From Cetorhinus maximus (lineage: Eukaryota), in NCBI RefSeq assembly GCF_964194155.1, contig NC_135901.1, positions 26,722,001 to 26,786,000 of the forward strand: a stretch of 64,000 nt of DNA. Reading direction: 5' to 3'. Below are positions 36,751 to 49,059 of the stretch, one piece after another (positions within the stretch are counted from its first letter, which is position 1; every line of letters starts with the position of its first letter). The notes below the pieces were generated by a model, which was not told where the DNA came from, ran no database searches, and worked only from the letters and a program-made list of their open reading frames with translations. The translations under genes and the position numbers were made by a program.

Positions 36751-37714
36751 TAAAGAGAACAATTTCAGCTGCTCCAGTCTCTCCAACTAACTGAAGACCC
36801 TCATCTTGGTGCCGTTCTCGTAAATCTCCTCTGCACCCTCTCTGAGCACTTCACATCTTTCCCTACAGTGTGGGGCCCATATATAGGCTTCCATTCTGGA
36901 GGGATAGAATTGAAAAGCAGGGAGGTTATGTTCAACTTGTTTTGAACCATGGTCAGACTACACTGGGAGTACTGTCAACATTCGCGATCTCCATTTAGGA
37001 AAAGGAAATAGAGGCACTGGAGAAGGGGCAACAAAGATTCAGAAGTATAATACCAGAGCTGAGAGCATTTAACCCTCAGGAAAGGCTCGGGCTGCTTTTC
37101 TCTGGAAAAGAGAAGACTGAAGGGTGACCTGATGGAAGTCTTTAAGATGATGAAGGGGTTCAATAATCCAATAGGGATTTCATGAGAAACCTCTTTACCC
37201 AGCGAGTAGTGAGAATGTGGAACCCACTGCCACAGCGAATGGTTGAGGTGAATAGCATGAATACATTTAAGGGGAAGCTGAATACATACATGAGGGAGAC
37301 AGGAATAGAAGGATATGCTGATGGAGTGAGAGGAAGAGGGGTCAGTGGTGGCTCATGTGGAGCATAAATACTGACAGAGACCAACTGAGCCGACTGGCCT
37401 GGCCCCGTGCTGTAGACTCAATGGAACAGAGACAAATGTATTTATTTTAGATCTACCTATAGTGGTAGGAAAAGCATTATTTACTATCCAGTATAAAATA
37501 AATGTACTTCATCAGCTTTTGTGGATTATTTCAGTGGAAATGTGCACTCCCAGGCTCAAAGAGCATCAGTCCACTGGAAGCCATGTTGTGAGACCGGCCA
37601 GTCCATCAGAAGGAAACCTTCCGACCCTCCCACTTCACCAAGTGTCAGAATGAACATGGTTTAGTCCTGGATGTGACTAACAGCAACAATAACAGCAGAA
37701 TCCAACCCCTGCAG

Positions 37715-38557
37715 TCACTTGTGAACTCGCTGGTGTCTCAACAGGTTGGATAACCGGGCGAATCCCTTCCCACACACGGAGCAGGTGAACGGTCTCTCCC
37801 CAGTGTGAAGTCGCTGATGTGTCAGCAGGTTGGATGACTGAGTGAATCCCTTCCCACACACGGAGCAGGTAAACGGCCTTTCTCCAGTGTGAACTCGCTG
37901 ATGTGTCAGCAGGGTGAATGAATCACTGAATCCCTTCCCGCACTCCGAGCAGGTGAACGGCCTCTCCCCAGAGTGAACTTGCTGGTGTCTCAGCAGGTTG
38001 GATGAGTGACTGAATCCCTTCCCACAAACGGAGCAGGTGAACGGCCTCACCTCAGAGTGAACTTGCTGGTGCGTCACCAGGTTGGATGAGTGAGTGAATC
38101 CCTTCCCACACACAGAGCAGTTAAATGGCCTCTCCCCAGTATGAACTCGCTGGTGTGAAAGCAGGTTAGATGACTGAGCGAATCCTTTCCCACACATGGA
38201 GCAGGTGAATGGTTTCTCCCCACTGTGAACTCTCTCATGTGTCAGCAGGGTGGATGAATCGCAGAATCCTTTCCCACATTCGGAGCAGGTGAATGGTCTC
38301 TCCCCGGTGTGAACTCGCTGGTGTATCAGCAGGTGGGATAATTGCGTGAACCCCTTCCCACACTCAGAGCAGGTGAATGGTCTCTCCCCAGTGTGAACCC
38401 GTTGGTGTGTCTGCAGGGTGGCTAACCGAATGAATCCCTTCCCACACTCAGGGCAAGTGAACGGCCTCTCCCCAGTGTGAATGCGTCGATGAGTTTCCAG
38501 CACAGACGGGGAACGGAATCCCTTCTCACAGTCCCCACATTTCCACGGTTTCTCCAT
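37715..38557 (-). CDS. C2H2 zinc-finger protein E, 280 aa, 10 fingers
   Basis: [10 protein letters not shown] start, 10x28 aa; last exon starts 38916; micro-exon 39733-39782; exon 1 donor 39851. Confidence 0.9.
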   Translation of the reverse strand: MEKPWKCGDCEKGFRSPSVLETHRRIHTGERPFTCPECGKGFIRLATLQTHQRVHTGERPFTCSECGKGFTQLSHLLIHQRVHTGERPFTCSECGKGFCDSSTLLTHERVHSGEKPFTCSMCGKGFAQSSNLLSHQRVHTGERPFNCSVCGKGFTHSSNLVTHQQVHSEVRPFTCSVCGKGFSHSSNLLRHQQVHSGERPFTCSECGKGFSDSFTLLTHQRVHTGERPFTCSVCGKGFTQSSNLLTHQRLHTGERPFTCSVCGKGFARLSNLLRHQRVHK

Positions 38558-39854
38558 GGTGCGGGAATCCAGGTGTGTCTCCAGAGTCGAGGATCAGTTG
38601 TCACTTCGTCCACACACACGTGTACGGTCTCTCTCCGGTGTGAATGATGTGATGTTTCTTCAGGCTTTGTAACTGGGTAAAGCTCTCTCCACAGTCAGTG
38701 TACTCGAAGACTCTCACTCAGGTGTGTGCGTCTCGATGCTTTTCCTGTCATCCTCATGTTTAAAACCTTCGAATCAGACAGAACAGACCAACCGACATTT
38801 CTGCTTGTAGATTCAAGGAATGATGATATTCAGGTCCCGTTGAATCAATGACTATCAGATCTAGACGTGACGTTTAGCTTGAGATTTCTGTCTACAAATC
38901 CTCCCCTCCTAATATCCTGTAAAAGGAATTTACAAAAGTCAACACTCTCAGCACAGGAATGCAATTCAAACCAGACGATTCTAGTTTCTACACAACATTC
39001 TTTCCCTCTTGTTACCCAAAATCTCTAAATCTCTGTCCCATACATGCTCCCTCCATTCTCACACTGCTGTACCTAATATACACCCTCCCAGTTCTCCGGA
39101 AGGTGATAATTCACACTGATCAACAGATCCATGCTCACTGGACTAAAAATGTCTGTAATCAGTGGTACCTGGGCGATGTATGGAGTAGGATTATTAATAA
39201 GCCAGTGAGTGGTCATGTCATGGAACTTGTGGCCTACAAGGATGGTGGAAGCAGAGGTGACCAATGGTTTCAAAATGAAATTGGATGGGCACTTGAAGGA
39301 AATAAACTTGCAGGAGTACGCGGATATAGGGGGAGAATGGGACTGACTGGATTGGTGTACGGAGGGTTGGCATGGACTCAAGTTGCTGAATGGGCTGCTT
39401 CTGTGCTGCCAAAACTTTTGACCAGAAATATATAACACAGCACCAATACAGTACTATATTATCAGATGAGAAATAATAATAAATGTACTTTATTGCAGGC
39501 CCATAAATAATATAACTAACATGTACCATACAACAACACTACACATATCTTTGTCTTATATTAATTTACTGTCCCCTTAAATGCCACCCATCTCCTGGGG
39601 AAACCACCCCTTTAATTGTGAACATTAGGAAAGAGACCATCCTTTTAGACAAATAAATGTGTCAATCTGAGGGAGCAAAGGATGTCAATGTCTTTAAGGG
39701 AGAGAGAGAGAGAGAGGGATACCTGAGCCAACCTTTCCAGAGTCTGCACCCTCCCTGGATTCACTTCCTCTCCTTTCAGTTCCTGCAAGTCAACAATTTA
39801 CCCCCAGAATGAGAAAAGAAATGGAAAGGGGGGAAGCATTGATTTCCTCACAGA

Positions 39855-40470
39855 TGTTGCCCAGAGGAGGAAGTTTCAGTCCGAAGCTCATTGTCCAACT
39901 TCCGCATTGTGACGTCCACAGTGGAACCCTGCCTGAATCAGCCAATAGGAATCACTCCGCTCCGCGGTGACGTCCTCGGGTTCCAGTCCGCAGGCCAGGC
40001 CCGGCGCGCGGACACGGGCGCCCCGCCCCCACCCATTGTTTCCCCCCTCTCCCCTCCCCTCCCTCTCCTCGAGCCAGGGTTTCCAGGCAACCGGCTGACG
40101 ACTCCGGCCAGCGCGAGAAGCCCCGCTCGGCGAACTCTCCCCCTCCGCCCCCCCCCCCCCCCCCCACCCTCTCACTCTCTCGGGAGGCGGCTGGCTGCTC
40201 CAAAAAATAGATCGAGAGCGACCGCTGGCGGCAGTCGCCACTGCGCCTGCTCCGGGGTCAGCTCGGGCGAGGGGGGTCGGGGAGGGGTCAGCAGCGCTTT
40301 CTGCGCCTGCGCACTGGACTGCCAGCTGGGGAGAGGGGAAGAGACTTGACAAAATGTCTTCCCTTCCCCATTTTCCTCCAAGCCATACAGTTTGATTTTA
40401 AACAGCCCAACATTTGCTTTTAGCTTCACACAGACACTAAAACTTCCTCTTCTGTCCAACATCTGTGAGT
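39855..40470. promoter_or_regulatory. CpG-rich bidirectional promoter of the ZNF-E/ZNF-F pair
   Basis: Paralogous to 4320-4790 (ETS, CRE-like, CCAAT, NRF1-like TGCGCCTGCGCA); exon 1 donor GTGAGT at 40465. Confidence 0.8.
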
Positions 40471-41742
40471 AAAAGATTTTCTTTCCCTTCCCCCCTGGGA
40501 AATACAGCGAGTTGTGGGAATCTGTAACTGGAATTAGAGCCAAATATGCTGAGGGGGGAAATGCTGGTGATTTTGTGGAGCCTGTTTTTATTGTATAAAC
40601 TGTTTCAAGTGAAAATTATCCTGTCTATTCAAATCCTGTTTGTCTGTTAATGCAGGCTTCATTGATGTTGATTTTAGTTTGATTTTTACAGTAAAAGGTT
40701 TTTTTTAAAAAAAGTGAAACCTTGCCCTTCGGTTTATTTGGGGTTGTCTGGGAATTTGTTTAAGGTTATCGGTCTCCATGGGGATCGAAACAACAGAGAT
40801 ATGTCTAGTGGTGCATATTAGATACATTATTCACGGTTCTGTAATAAAGTTCACTTATTATTTCCAGTCTTTTAACATGGTGCTGTAGCTACGTTATATA
40901 GTTCCAATCGTAGAGTCATTACGACACAGAAGGAGTCCGTTCGGCAACTCAAGTCCATGCCAATTCTCTGTTGAGCAATCGAGTCAGTCAGTCCCATTCC
41001 CCTGCAAATTTATTACCTTCATTTATTTTATATGTATATATATATAAAATAAGCACTAAGCATGGATCTTTTGATCAGCATGAATTGGCACCTTCAGAAG
41101 AATTGGGAGGGTGTACATTAGGTACAGCGGAGTGAGAATGGAGAGAGTAAAAACAGTAAAATGCTGGAAAAACCCAGCAGATCTGGCAGCATAGGACTCT
41201 TCATATGACTTCTTCAGTGCTCAGAATGGAGGGAGAGTTTGTGGGATGAGGATTTACAGCTTTTAGGGAATGAGAGAGGAAAGAATGATCCATAGAAACT
41301 AGAATTGTCTGTTCTGAATTTCTGTCCTGTGCTGACAGTGATGACTTTTGTACACTCCTTTTACAGGATGTTAGAAGGGGAGGATTTGCAGACAGAAATC
41401 TCTATCCAAACATCACGTCAAGATCTGGGAGAGTCACTCGATTCATCGGGATTTGAATATCAGTGGCCTTTGAATCTAGAAGGAGAAATGTTTATCTCTC
41501 TGTCTGCTTCAAAATATTTTAAACATCAGCGTGGCTGGAAAAGCACCGAGACACACACACACACACACACACACACCTGAGTGAGTGTGTTCCAGGGAAC
41601 TGATTGTGGAAAGAGCTTTAACCAGTTACACAGCCTGACAAAACATCACACCATTCAGAGCAGGGAGAAACTATATATGTGTTATGTGTGTGGATGAGGC
41701 TTCAACTGATTGTCAAACCTGGAGACACAAGGACCCTACGCC

Positions 41743-42753
41743 ATGGAGAAACAGTGGAAATGTGGGGACTGCGGGAAGGGATTTCGATTCCCGTCTGAGC
41801 TGGAAACTCATCAACGCGTTCACACTGGGGAGAGGCCATTCACCTGCTCAATGTGTGGGAAGGGATTCAGTGGTTCATGGCAGCTGCATGCACACCAGCG
41901 AGTCCACACTTTGGAGAGGCCGTTCCCCTGCTCTGTGTGTGGAAAGGGATTCAGTGATTCATCCAACCTGCTGAGACACCAGCGAGTTCACACCGGGGAG
42001 AGGCCGTTCACCTGCTCTGAGTGTGGGAAAGGATTCACTCAGTTATCCACCCTGCAGACGCATCTGCGAATTCACACTGTGGAGAGGCCGTTCAGCTGCT
42101 CGGAGTGTGGGAAGGGTTTCACTCAGTCATCCAACCTGCTGCTGCACCAGCGCATTCACACTGGAGTGAGGCCTTTCACCTGCTCCGAGTGTGGGAAGGG
42201 ATTCACTCGATTATCCAGCCTGCAGAGACACCAGCGTGTTCACACCGGGGAGAGGCCGTTCACCTGTATGGTGTGTGGGAAGCGATTCACTCAGTCATCC
42301 ACCCTGCTAAAACACCATGTTACTCACACCAACGAGAGACCCTTTAAATGCTCCGACTGTGGGAGTGGCTTCAAAAGTGCTGCGGAACTGAGGGTCCACC
42401 AGCGCATCCACACTGAGGAGAGACCATTCAGCTGCTCTCTCTGCGCTAAGAGCTTTAGAACGTCATCCAGCCTTCGGATACACCAACGCATTCACACCGG
42501 GGAGAGGCCGTTCACCTGCTCTGTGTGTGGAAAGGGATTCATTGATTCATCCACCCTGCTGACACACCAGCGAGTTCACACCGGGGAGAGGCCGTTCACC
42601 TGCTCCGTGTGTGGAAAGGGATTCACTAATTCATTCAACTTGTTGACACACCAGCGAGTTCACACCGGGGAGAGGCCGTTCACCTGCTCCGTGTGTGGGA
42701 AGGGATTCATCAATTCTTCGCACCTGCTGAGACACCAGCGAGTTCACAAGTGA
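41743..42753 (+). CDS. C2H2 zinc-finger protein F, 336 aa, 12 fingers
   Basis: GCC ATG GAG AAA CAG TGG at 41743; 12x28 aa; last exon starts 41367. Confidence 0.9.
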   Translation: MEKQWKCGDCGKGFRFPSELETHQRVHTGERPFTCSMCGKGFSGSWQLHAHQRVHTLERPFPCSVCGKGFSDSSNLLRHQRVHTGERPFTCSECGKGFTQLSTLQTHLRIHTVERPFSCSECGKGFTQSSNLLLHQRIHTGVRPFTCSECGKGFTRLSSLQRHQRVHTGERPFTCMVCGKRFTQSSTLLKHHVTHTNERPFKCSDCGSGFKSAAELRVHQRIHTEERPFSCSLCAKSFRTSSSLRIHQRIHTGERPFTCSVCGKGFIDSSTLLTHQRVHTGERPFTCSVCGKGFTNSFNLLTHQRVHTGERPFTCSVCGKGFINSSHLLRHQRVHK

Positions 42754-42997
42754 CTGCACGAGTTGTGTTCTGCTGTTATTGCTGCTGGAAAACACATTCA
42801 GGACTGAACCATGTTCGTTCTGACATCCTTTGCTCCCTCAGATTGACACGTTTATTTGTCTGGCTGAAATGATGGCCTCTTTCCTAGTGGTCACAATTAA
42901 AGGGGTGGTTTCCCCAGGAGATGGCTGACGTTTAAGGGGACAGTAAATGTAGGACAGAGATGTGTCTAGTGTTCTTATAAGGTACATATTAGATATA

Positions 42998-43657
42998 TTT
43001 TTTATTCATTTATGGGATGTGGGCATCACTGGCAAGGCCAGCATTTATTCCCCATCCCTAATTGCCCCTTGAGAAGGTGGTGGGTGAGCCACTGCATTGA
43101 ACTGCTGCAGTCCATGTGGTGTAGGTATGCCCACCGTGCTGTTAGGGAAGGAGTTCCAGGGTTTTTACCCAGCGATAGTGAAGGAACGACCGATATATTT
43201 CCAAGTCAGGATGGTGAGTGACTTAGAGGGGAACTTTCAGGTGGTGGTGTTCCCAAGTGTCTGCTGCCCTTGTCCTTCTAGGTGGTAGTGGCCGTAGGTT
43301 TGGAAGGTGCTGTCGAAGGAGCCTTGGTCAATTCCTGCAGTGCATCTTGTAGATAGAACACACTGCTGCCACTGTGGTTTGGTGGTGGAGGGAGTGAATT
43401 TTTGTGGATGGGGTGCCGATCAAGTGGGGGCTGCTTTGTCCTGGACGGTGTCGAGCTTCTTGAGTGTTGTGGGAGCTGCACTCATCCAGGCATATGGGGA
43501 ATATTCCATCGCACTCCTGACTTGTGCCTTGTAGATGGTGGACAGGCTTTGGGGAGTCAGGAGGTGAGTTACTCGTCACAGGATTCCCAGCCTCTGACCT
43601 GCTCTTGTAGCCACAGTATTTATATGACTGGTCCAGTTCCGGGTCTGGTCAATGGTA
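42998..43657 (-). mobile_element. 5'-truncated copy of the tRNA-headed LINE family
   Basis: Colinear with 17785-18515 including the GGGCAATTAGGGATGGG..ATAAATGCTGGCC tail. Confidence 0.85.
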
Positions 43658-44679
43658 TGTTATTTATGGTTCTGTAATAAAGTTCATTTGTTATCATTTG
43701 TAGTCTTGCAGTATATTACTGTAGCTATGTTATGTGTTTCCTATCATAGAGTCATTACAGCGCAGTAGGAATCCGTTTGGAAACTCAAGTCCTTGCTGAC
43801 TCTCCGTGGAGCATTCCAGTCAGTCCCAATCCCCCTCTATATTCCCTTAACCCTGCAAGTTTATTTTGTTTCAAGTACACCATGCAATTTCATTTTGTAA
43901 TTGTTGGTCATCTCCACTTCCACCACCCTCATGGGCAGTGAGTTCCGGGTCACGACCGCTCACCGCTGAAATAAAGTTCTTCCTCACATCCGCCTCCCCA
44001 CCCCCCACCCCCCGAACCCCTGTATCTCTATTCTATTAATACTGCGTATATTACACGCTCAACTTTAGTTCAATAAATATACATAAATCTATATGTATTC
44101 AGGCCTGCAGCCTGCATGGACATTTTCAGGTCTCTGCGTCCTGGACAGGAAGAGGTGATCACGGATATGCCGATCACCATGAATTGGTACCTTCAGGAGA
44201 ATTTGGAGGAGGGTATGTTAGGCACAGCAGAGTGGGAATGGAGTGTGTGCGCGTCTGGGACGATTTCCGGGGAATGAGCGAGGAAAGGATGTTCCGCAGA
44301 ACCTAGAATTGTCTTATCTGACAAGTCCATCCTGTACTGATGTGATGGCTTTTGTAAACTCCTTTTACAGATATGAGTAAGGGATCATTTGCAGACACAA
44401 ATCATGAGGCAAAATTCATGCGAAGATAGACAGTCGCTCAATTCATGGGAGCTGAATATAATCAGCCCTTGGATCTCGAAGGAGAAATGCTTGTCTGTTC
44501 CACCTGCTTAAAACGATTTTAAACATTACTCCGACTGTACAAGCATTGAGACATGCTAATGAGTGTTCCAGTAGACTGGAAGAGCTTTATTCAGGTACAC
44601 AGCCTGAAAAATCAACGCACCATTCACAGCGGGTAGAGACCGTACACATACACGGTCAGTGCGTCATGTCAGTGTGATT

Positions 44680-45515
44680 TGGATAAGCTTGAGTGAGTGG
44701 GCAAATGCATGGCAGATGCATTATTTTGTGGATAAATGTGAGGCTATCCACTTTGGTAACAAAAACAGGAAGGCAGAGAGAGAGGGGAATGTGCATCAAG
44801 ACCTGGGTGTCCTTGTATACCAGTTGCTGAAGGTAAGCATGCAGGTGCAGCAGGCAGTAAAGAAGGCAACTGGTATGTTGGCCTTCATAGCCAGAGGATT
44901 CGAGTACAGGAGCAGGGATGTCTTGCTGCAATTGTGCAATATTGTGGAATATCTGGAATATTGTGTGCAGTTTTGGTCTCCTTATCTGAGGAAGGATGTT
45001 CTTGCTATAGAGGGAGTGCAGCGAAGGTTTACCCGACTGATTCCTGGGATGGCGGGACTGACATATGAGGAAAGATTGAGTCGGTTAGGATTATATTCGC
45101 TGGAGTTCAGAAGAATGAGGGGGGGGATCTCATTGACACCTCTTAAATTCTAACAGGACTAGACAGGGTAGATGCAGGAAGGATGTTCCCGATTGTGGGG
45201 GAGTCCAGAACCAGGGGGGTCACAGTCTGAGGATATGGGGTAGACCATTCAGGACTGAGATGAGGAGAAATTTCTTCACCCAGAGAATGGTGAGCCTGTG
45301 GAATTCGCTACCACAGAAAGTAGTTGAGGCCAAAACACTGTATGTTTTCAAGAAGGAGTTGGATATAGTTCTTGGGGCGAAAGGGATCAAAGGATATGGG
45401 GAGAAAGCGAGACCAGGGCTATTGAGTTGGATGATCAGCCATGATCATAATGAATGGCGGAGCAGGCTCGAGGGGCCGAATGGCCTACTTCTGCTCCTAG
45501 TTTCTATGTATGTTT
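44680..45515 (+). mobile_element. CR1 3' fragment inside pseudogene G
   Basis: LEYCVQFWSPYLRKDV, FFTQRMVSLWNSLP. Confidence 0.9.
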
Positions 45516-45796
45516 CTATATATATGTACTGTGTGTAGATGAGGTTTGAACTGATCATCGAACCTGGAGAGACAACCGTGCACCATTGAAAAACCAGTGG
45601 AAATGTGGGGACTGTGAGAAGGGATTCTGGTCCCTTTTTGAGCTGGAAACTCATCAATGCAGTCACACCGGAGGAGGGGAGAGGCCGTTCACCTGCTCCG
45701 AGTGTGGGAAGGGATTCGGTGATGTATCCGACCTCCAGGAGCACCAGTGAATTCACACTGTGGAAAGGCCGTTCACCTGCTTCGACTATGGGAAAG

Positions 45797-46304
45797 TCAG
45801 GGGGTAGCTGCGGCGGCGCTGGGCCGGTGGGTGGCCTCCGCGGCCGGGCTGGGTCGGGGGACACCCATCATCGGACTGGTGGAAGGACCGGGTCGGGGCC
45901 GACCCGAACCCGAGCAGCAGTGAGGAGGGGGCCGGCTTCACCAAAGATCCCCCCTGGCCCCGGGCAGGCCGGGTCGGGACGCGGGATGAGTGGGGAGGAG
46001 GAGGCGGGGGCCAGCGGGTACCGGGCCGGGGTACAGAGCGGAGACAGGGGGCCCAGCACGAATCCCTCGTACGGCTCTTCCTTGATGAGAACTAGAGGCG
46101 AGAGAGAGAGAAACAGGAGAAAGGGGCGATTAGACACCGAGATTAGACATAGTGTATTTAAGAGCGAGATAGATAGATTCTTGATTGGTAAGGGGATCAA
46201 AGGTTACGGGGAGAAGGTGAGAAACTTATCAGCCATGATTGAATGGCGGAGCAGACTCGATGGGCCGAATGGCCTAATTTCTCCTCCTATGTCTTATGGT
46301 CTTA
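45797..46304 (+). mobile_element. Chimeric insertion: GC-rich captured gene fragment plus CR1 3' tail
   Basis: Flanked by duplicated GGAAAG within a finger; CR1 tail ~46150-46304. Confidence 0.65.
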
Positions 46305-46393
46305 TGGAAAGGATTCAGATCCCGGTCTAAGCCGAGATTCACCAACACAGTCGCACTGGGGAGAGGCCGTTCACTTGCTCTGAGTGTGGGAAG

Positions 46394-46752
46394 CGGTTGG
46401 ATAGTGCTTTTTTCACCTAACTAGTATTCCAGAGACCCAAGATAATCCTCTGGGGACCCAGGTTCGAACCCCACCACGGCAGATGGTGAAATTTGAATCC
46501 AATAAAAAAATCTGGAATTAAAAGTCCAATGATGACCATGAAACCATTGCCGATTGTTGTGAAAACCCATCTGTTTCACTAATGTCCCCTTTAGGGAAGG
46601 AAATCTGCCATCCCTACCTGGTATGGCCTACATGTGACACCAGACCCACAGCAATGTGGTTGACTCTTAAATACCCTCTGGACAAGGGCAATTAGGGGTG
46701 GGCAATAAATGCTGGCCTAGCCAATGGTGCCCACATGAATGAATAAAATAAT
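46394..46752 (+). mobile_element. tRNA-derived SINE
   Basis: B box GGTTCGAACCC; 9-bp TSD TGTGGGAAG (46385-46393, 46753-46761). Confidence 0.9.
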
Positions 46753-46959
46753 TGTGGGAAGGGATTCAGTCAGTAATCTACCCTGCTGACACACAGGCAA
46801 CTTCACACTAGGGAGAGGCTGTTCACCTGCTCTCAGTGTGGGAAGGGGTTCAGGCTCCGTTGAAGACATCACAATGACTGAGAGGGGCGTTCCCAGCACA
46901 CACCGTGACCCATTGGTTCCAGAAGGAAAATACTGCAGATTGGACGACAGCTCAGCGCG

Positions 46960-48900
46960 TTTGGCAGTCAAAGTTTCTCCCTCCCTCGCCCCCCACCACC
47001 CCAACACGGGTTGGGGTTCTACCCCCTCACTGTGGTCAAACCGGGTTTGTCCAATGGGAAGATCTGGAGGGCGCTGGTCCTCCAGCGAATCAGAGCACGG
47101 GCTTTGTGCCAATGGCTTCACAGAGATTCCCTCATTGTCTGATGAGGCGGGCGTTGGACAATGAGCTTTTTTTTTATTGTAAAAATATACTTTATTCATA
47201 AAAAATCTTCAATCACATTCAAAACCATTTCAAAAACAACATTACAAGGGTACAATCCAGGTTAAACTTTTACAAAATGTATCACCAGGTGCATCAGTAC
47301 AAACAATATTACAATCATTTACAGCCTTTCATTTTGATCTGTACAGCCCGAGGGGCTCTAAACAGTTCCCAGTCTCTCGGTGCGCTGTGGTAGAAAGGTC
47401 TTAGACAGCGACCCTTCCCCATTGCGCCTTTGCGGCAGCTGCCCCAAGCTTTAGTGCGTCCCTCAGCACGTAGTCCTGGACTTTGGATTGTGCCAGTCCG
47501 CAACAATCGGTCGGGGACAACTCTTTGTGCTGGAAGACCAACAAGTTTCGGGCAGACCAAAGCGCGTCTTTCACCGAGTTGATGATCCTCCAGCTGCAGT
47601 CGATGTTTGTCTCGGTGTGTGTCCCTGGGAACAGCCCGTAGAGCACAGAGTCCTGTGTCACAGAACTGCTCGGGATGAACCTCGACAGCAACCACTGCAT
47701 CTCTCTCCAGACTTTCTTTGCAAAGGCACAATCCACAAGGAGGTGAACAACAGTCTCTTCCCCACCACAGCCACCTCGAGGGCATCGTGCAGAGGGGGTG
47801 AGACTCCTGGCGTGTAGGAAGGATCTGACGGGGAGGGCCTTTCTCACCACCAGCCAAGCTACGTCTTGGTGCTTGTTGGAAAGTTCTGGCGATGAGGCAT
47901 TCTGCCAAATGACTTTGACAGTCTGCTCGGGGAACCATCCCACAGGGTCCACCCTCTCCTTATCCCTCAGGGCCTCTAGGACGTTACGTGCTGACCACTG
48001 CCTGATGGACTTGTGGTCAAAGGTGTTTTTCCGCATAAATTTTTCCACCAGGGACAGGTGGTACGGCACGGTCCAACTACTTGGAGCGTTCCGCGGCAGC
48101 GTGGCCAGACCCATCCTTCGCAACACCGGGGACAGGTAGAACCTCAGCACGTAGTGACACTTGGTGTTTGCGTACTGAGGGTCTACGCACCGCTTGATGC
48201 AGCCACACACAAAGGTGGCCATCAGTATGAGGGCGATGTTGGGCACGTTTTTTCCCCCTTTATCTAGAGGCTTGTACATCGCGTCCCTGCAGACACGATC
48301 CATTTTCGACCTCCAGATAAAGCGGAAGATGGCTCGAGTGATCGCCATCGCGCAGGAGTGTGGAATGGGCCAGACCTGCGCCACGTACAGCAACAGCGAG
48401 AGTACCTCACACCTGATGACCAGGTTCTTACCCGCAATGGAGAGGGAGCGTCGCTCCCACATGCCCAGTTTCCTTTTCACCATAGCCGTTGGACAATGAG
48501 CTTGTTCACCTGCTCATTACTGCCCGGCAAAGCCGCTGCTGGTGCTCCTCTCTCTCGGAATGAAGGTTTAGCTTCACACACATTAAAACTTTCACCTGTG
48601 CCCAACATCTGTGAGCAAATCGTTTTCCTAATTCTGGGTTTAAATTGTTGACTTGCAGGAACTGAAGGGAAAGGAAATGAATCAGGGAGGGTGCAGACTC
48701 TGGAAAGGTTGTTCCGGGTCTCTCTCTCTCTTAAGTTCCATCAGCTTGACACATTTATTTGTCTAAAAGGATGGCCTCTTTCCTAATGTTAACATTTAAA
48801 GCGGTGTTTCACGTTTAAAGGGGTGGTTTCCCCAGGAGGTGGCTGGCATTCAAGGGGACAATAAATTAATATAGGACAGAGATATGTGTGGTGTTGTTAT
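46960..48900 (+). promoter_or_regulatory. Orphan ZNF-family promoter, exon 1 (donor 48611) and micro-exon 2 (48659-48707), split by Tx1
   Basis: Homologous to the reverse complement of 27590-28200; no coding exon follows within the window. Confidence 0.7.
47169..48486 (-). mobile_element. 5'-truncated Tx1-clade (L1) retrotransposon
   Basis: Open ORF2 C-terminus (WERRSLSIAGKNLVI, FRFIW, CPRGGCGGEETVVHLLVDC), poly(A), 17-bp TSD CGTTGGACAATGAGCTT (47152-47168, 48487-48503). Confidence 0.92.
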
Positions 48901-49059
48901 ATGGTGCATATTATTCACGGTCCTCTGATTAAGTACATTTACTTCATTTCTTGTGAATGAATCCATTTCAGTAACAAATGTTGAAATGTTTGCTCCACAC
49001 CCACAGGGTTTTATCTGTTTAAAGCCACAAACAGGAAGGTCCAGTTTTCTCCTGGAGTT

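Larger units (their letters stand above)
44371..46852 (+). pseudogene. ZNF pseudogene G, broken by three insertions
   Basis: Family acceptor CCTTTTACAG at 44370; start codon mutated (CACCATTGAAAAAC); frameshifted fingers at 45600-45795, 46305-46393, 46753-46852. Confidence 0.85.

Noticed and set aside
37715-38557. CRISPR-like or satellite periodicity
   Set aside because: The 84-bp period is the zinc-finger coding repeat
41551-41577. (CA)n tracts here and at ~5529-5548 as functional elements
   Set aside because: Slippage expansion of the fossil D-T-H-T codons; length varies freely among paralogs
41700-41742. Conserved TGA upstream of each ZNF as a selenocysteine or readthrough codon
   Set aside because: Several copies (e.g. 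B and F) have frameshifts between the TGA and the main ORF, plus other upstream stops; an ancestral CGA->TGA change explains it
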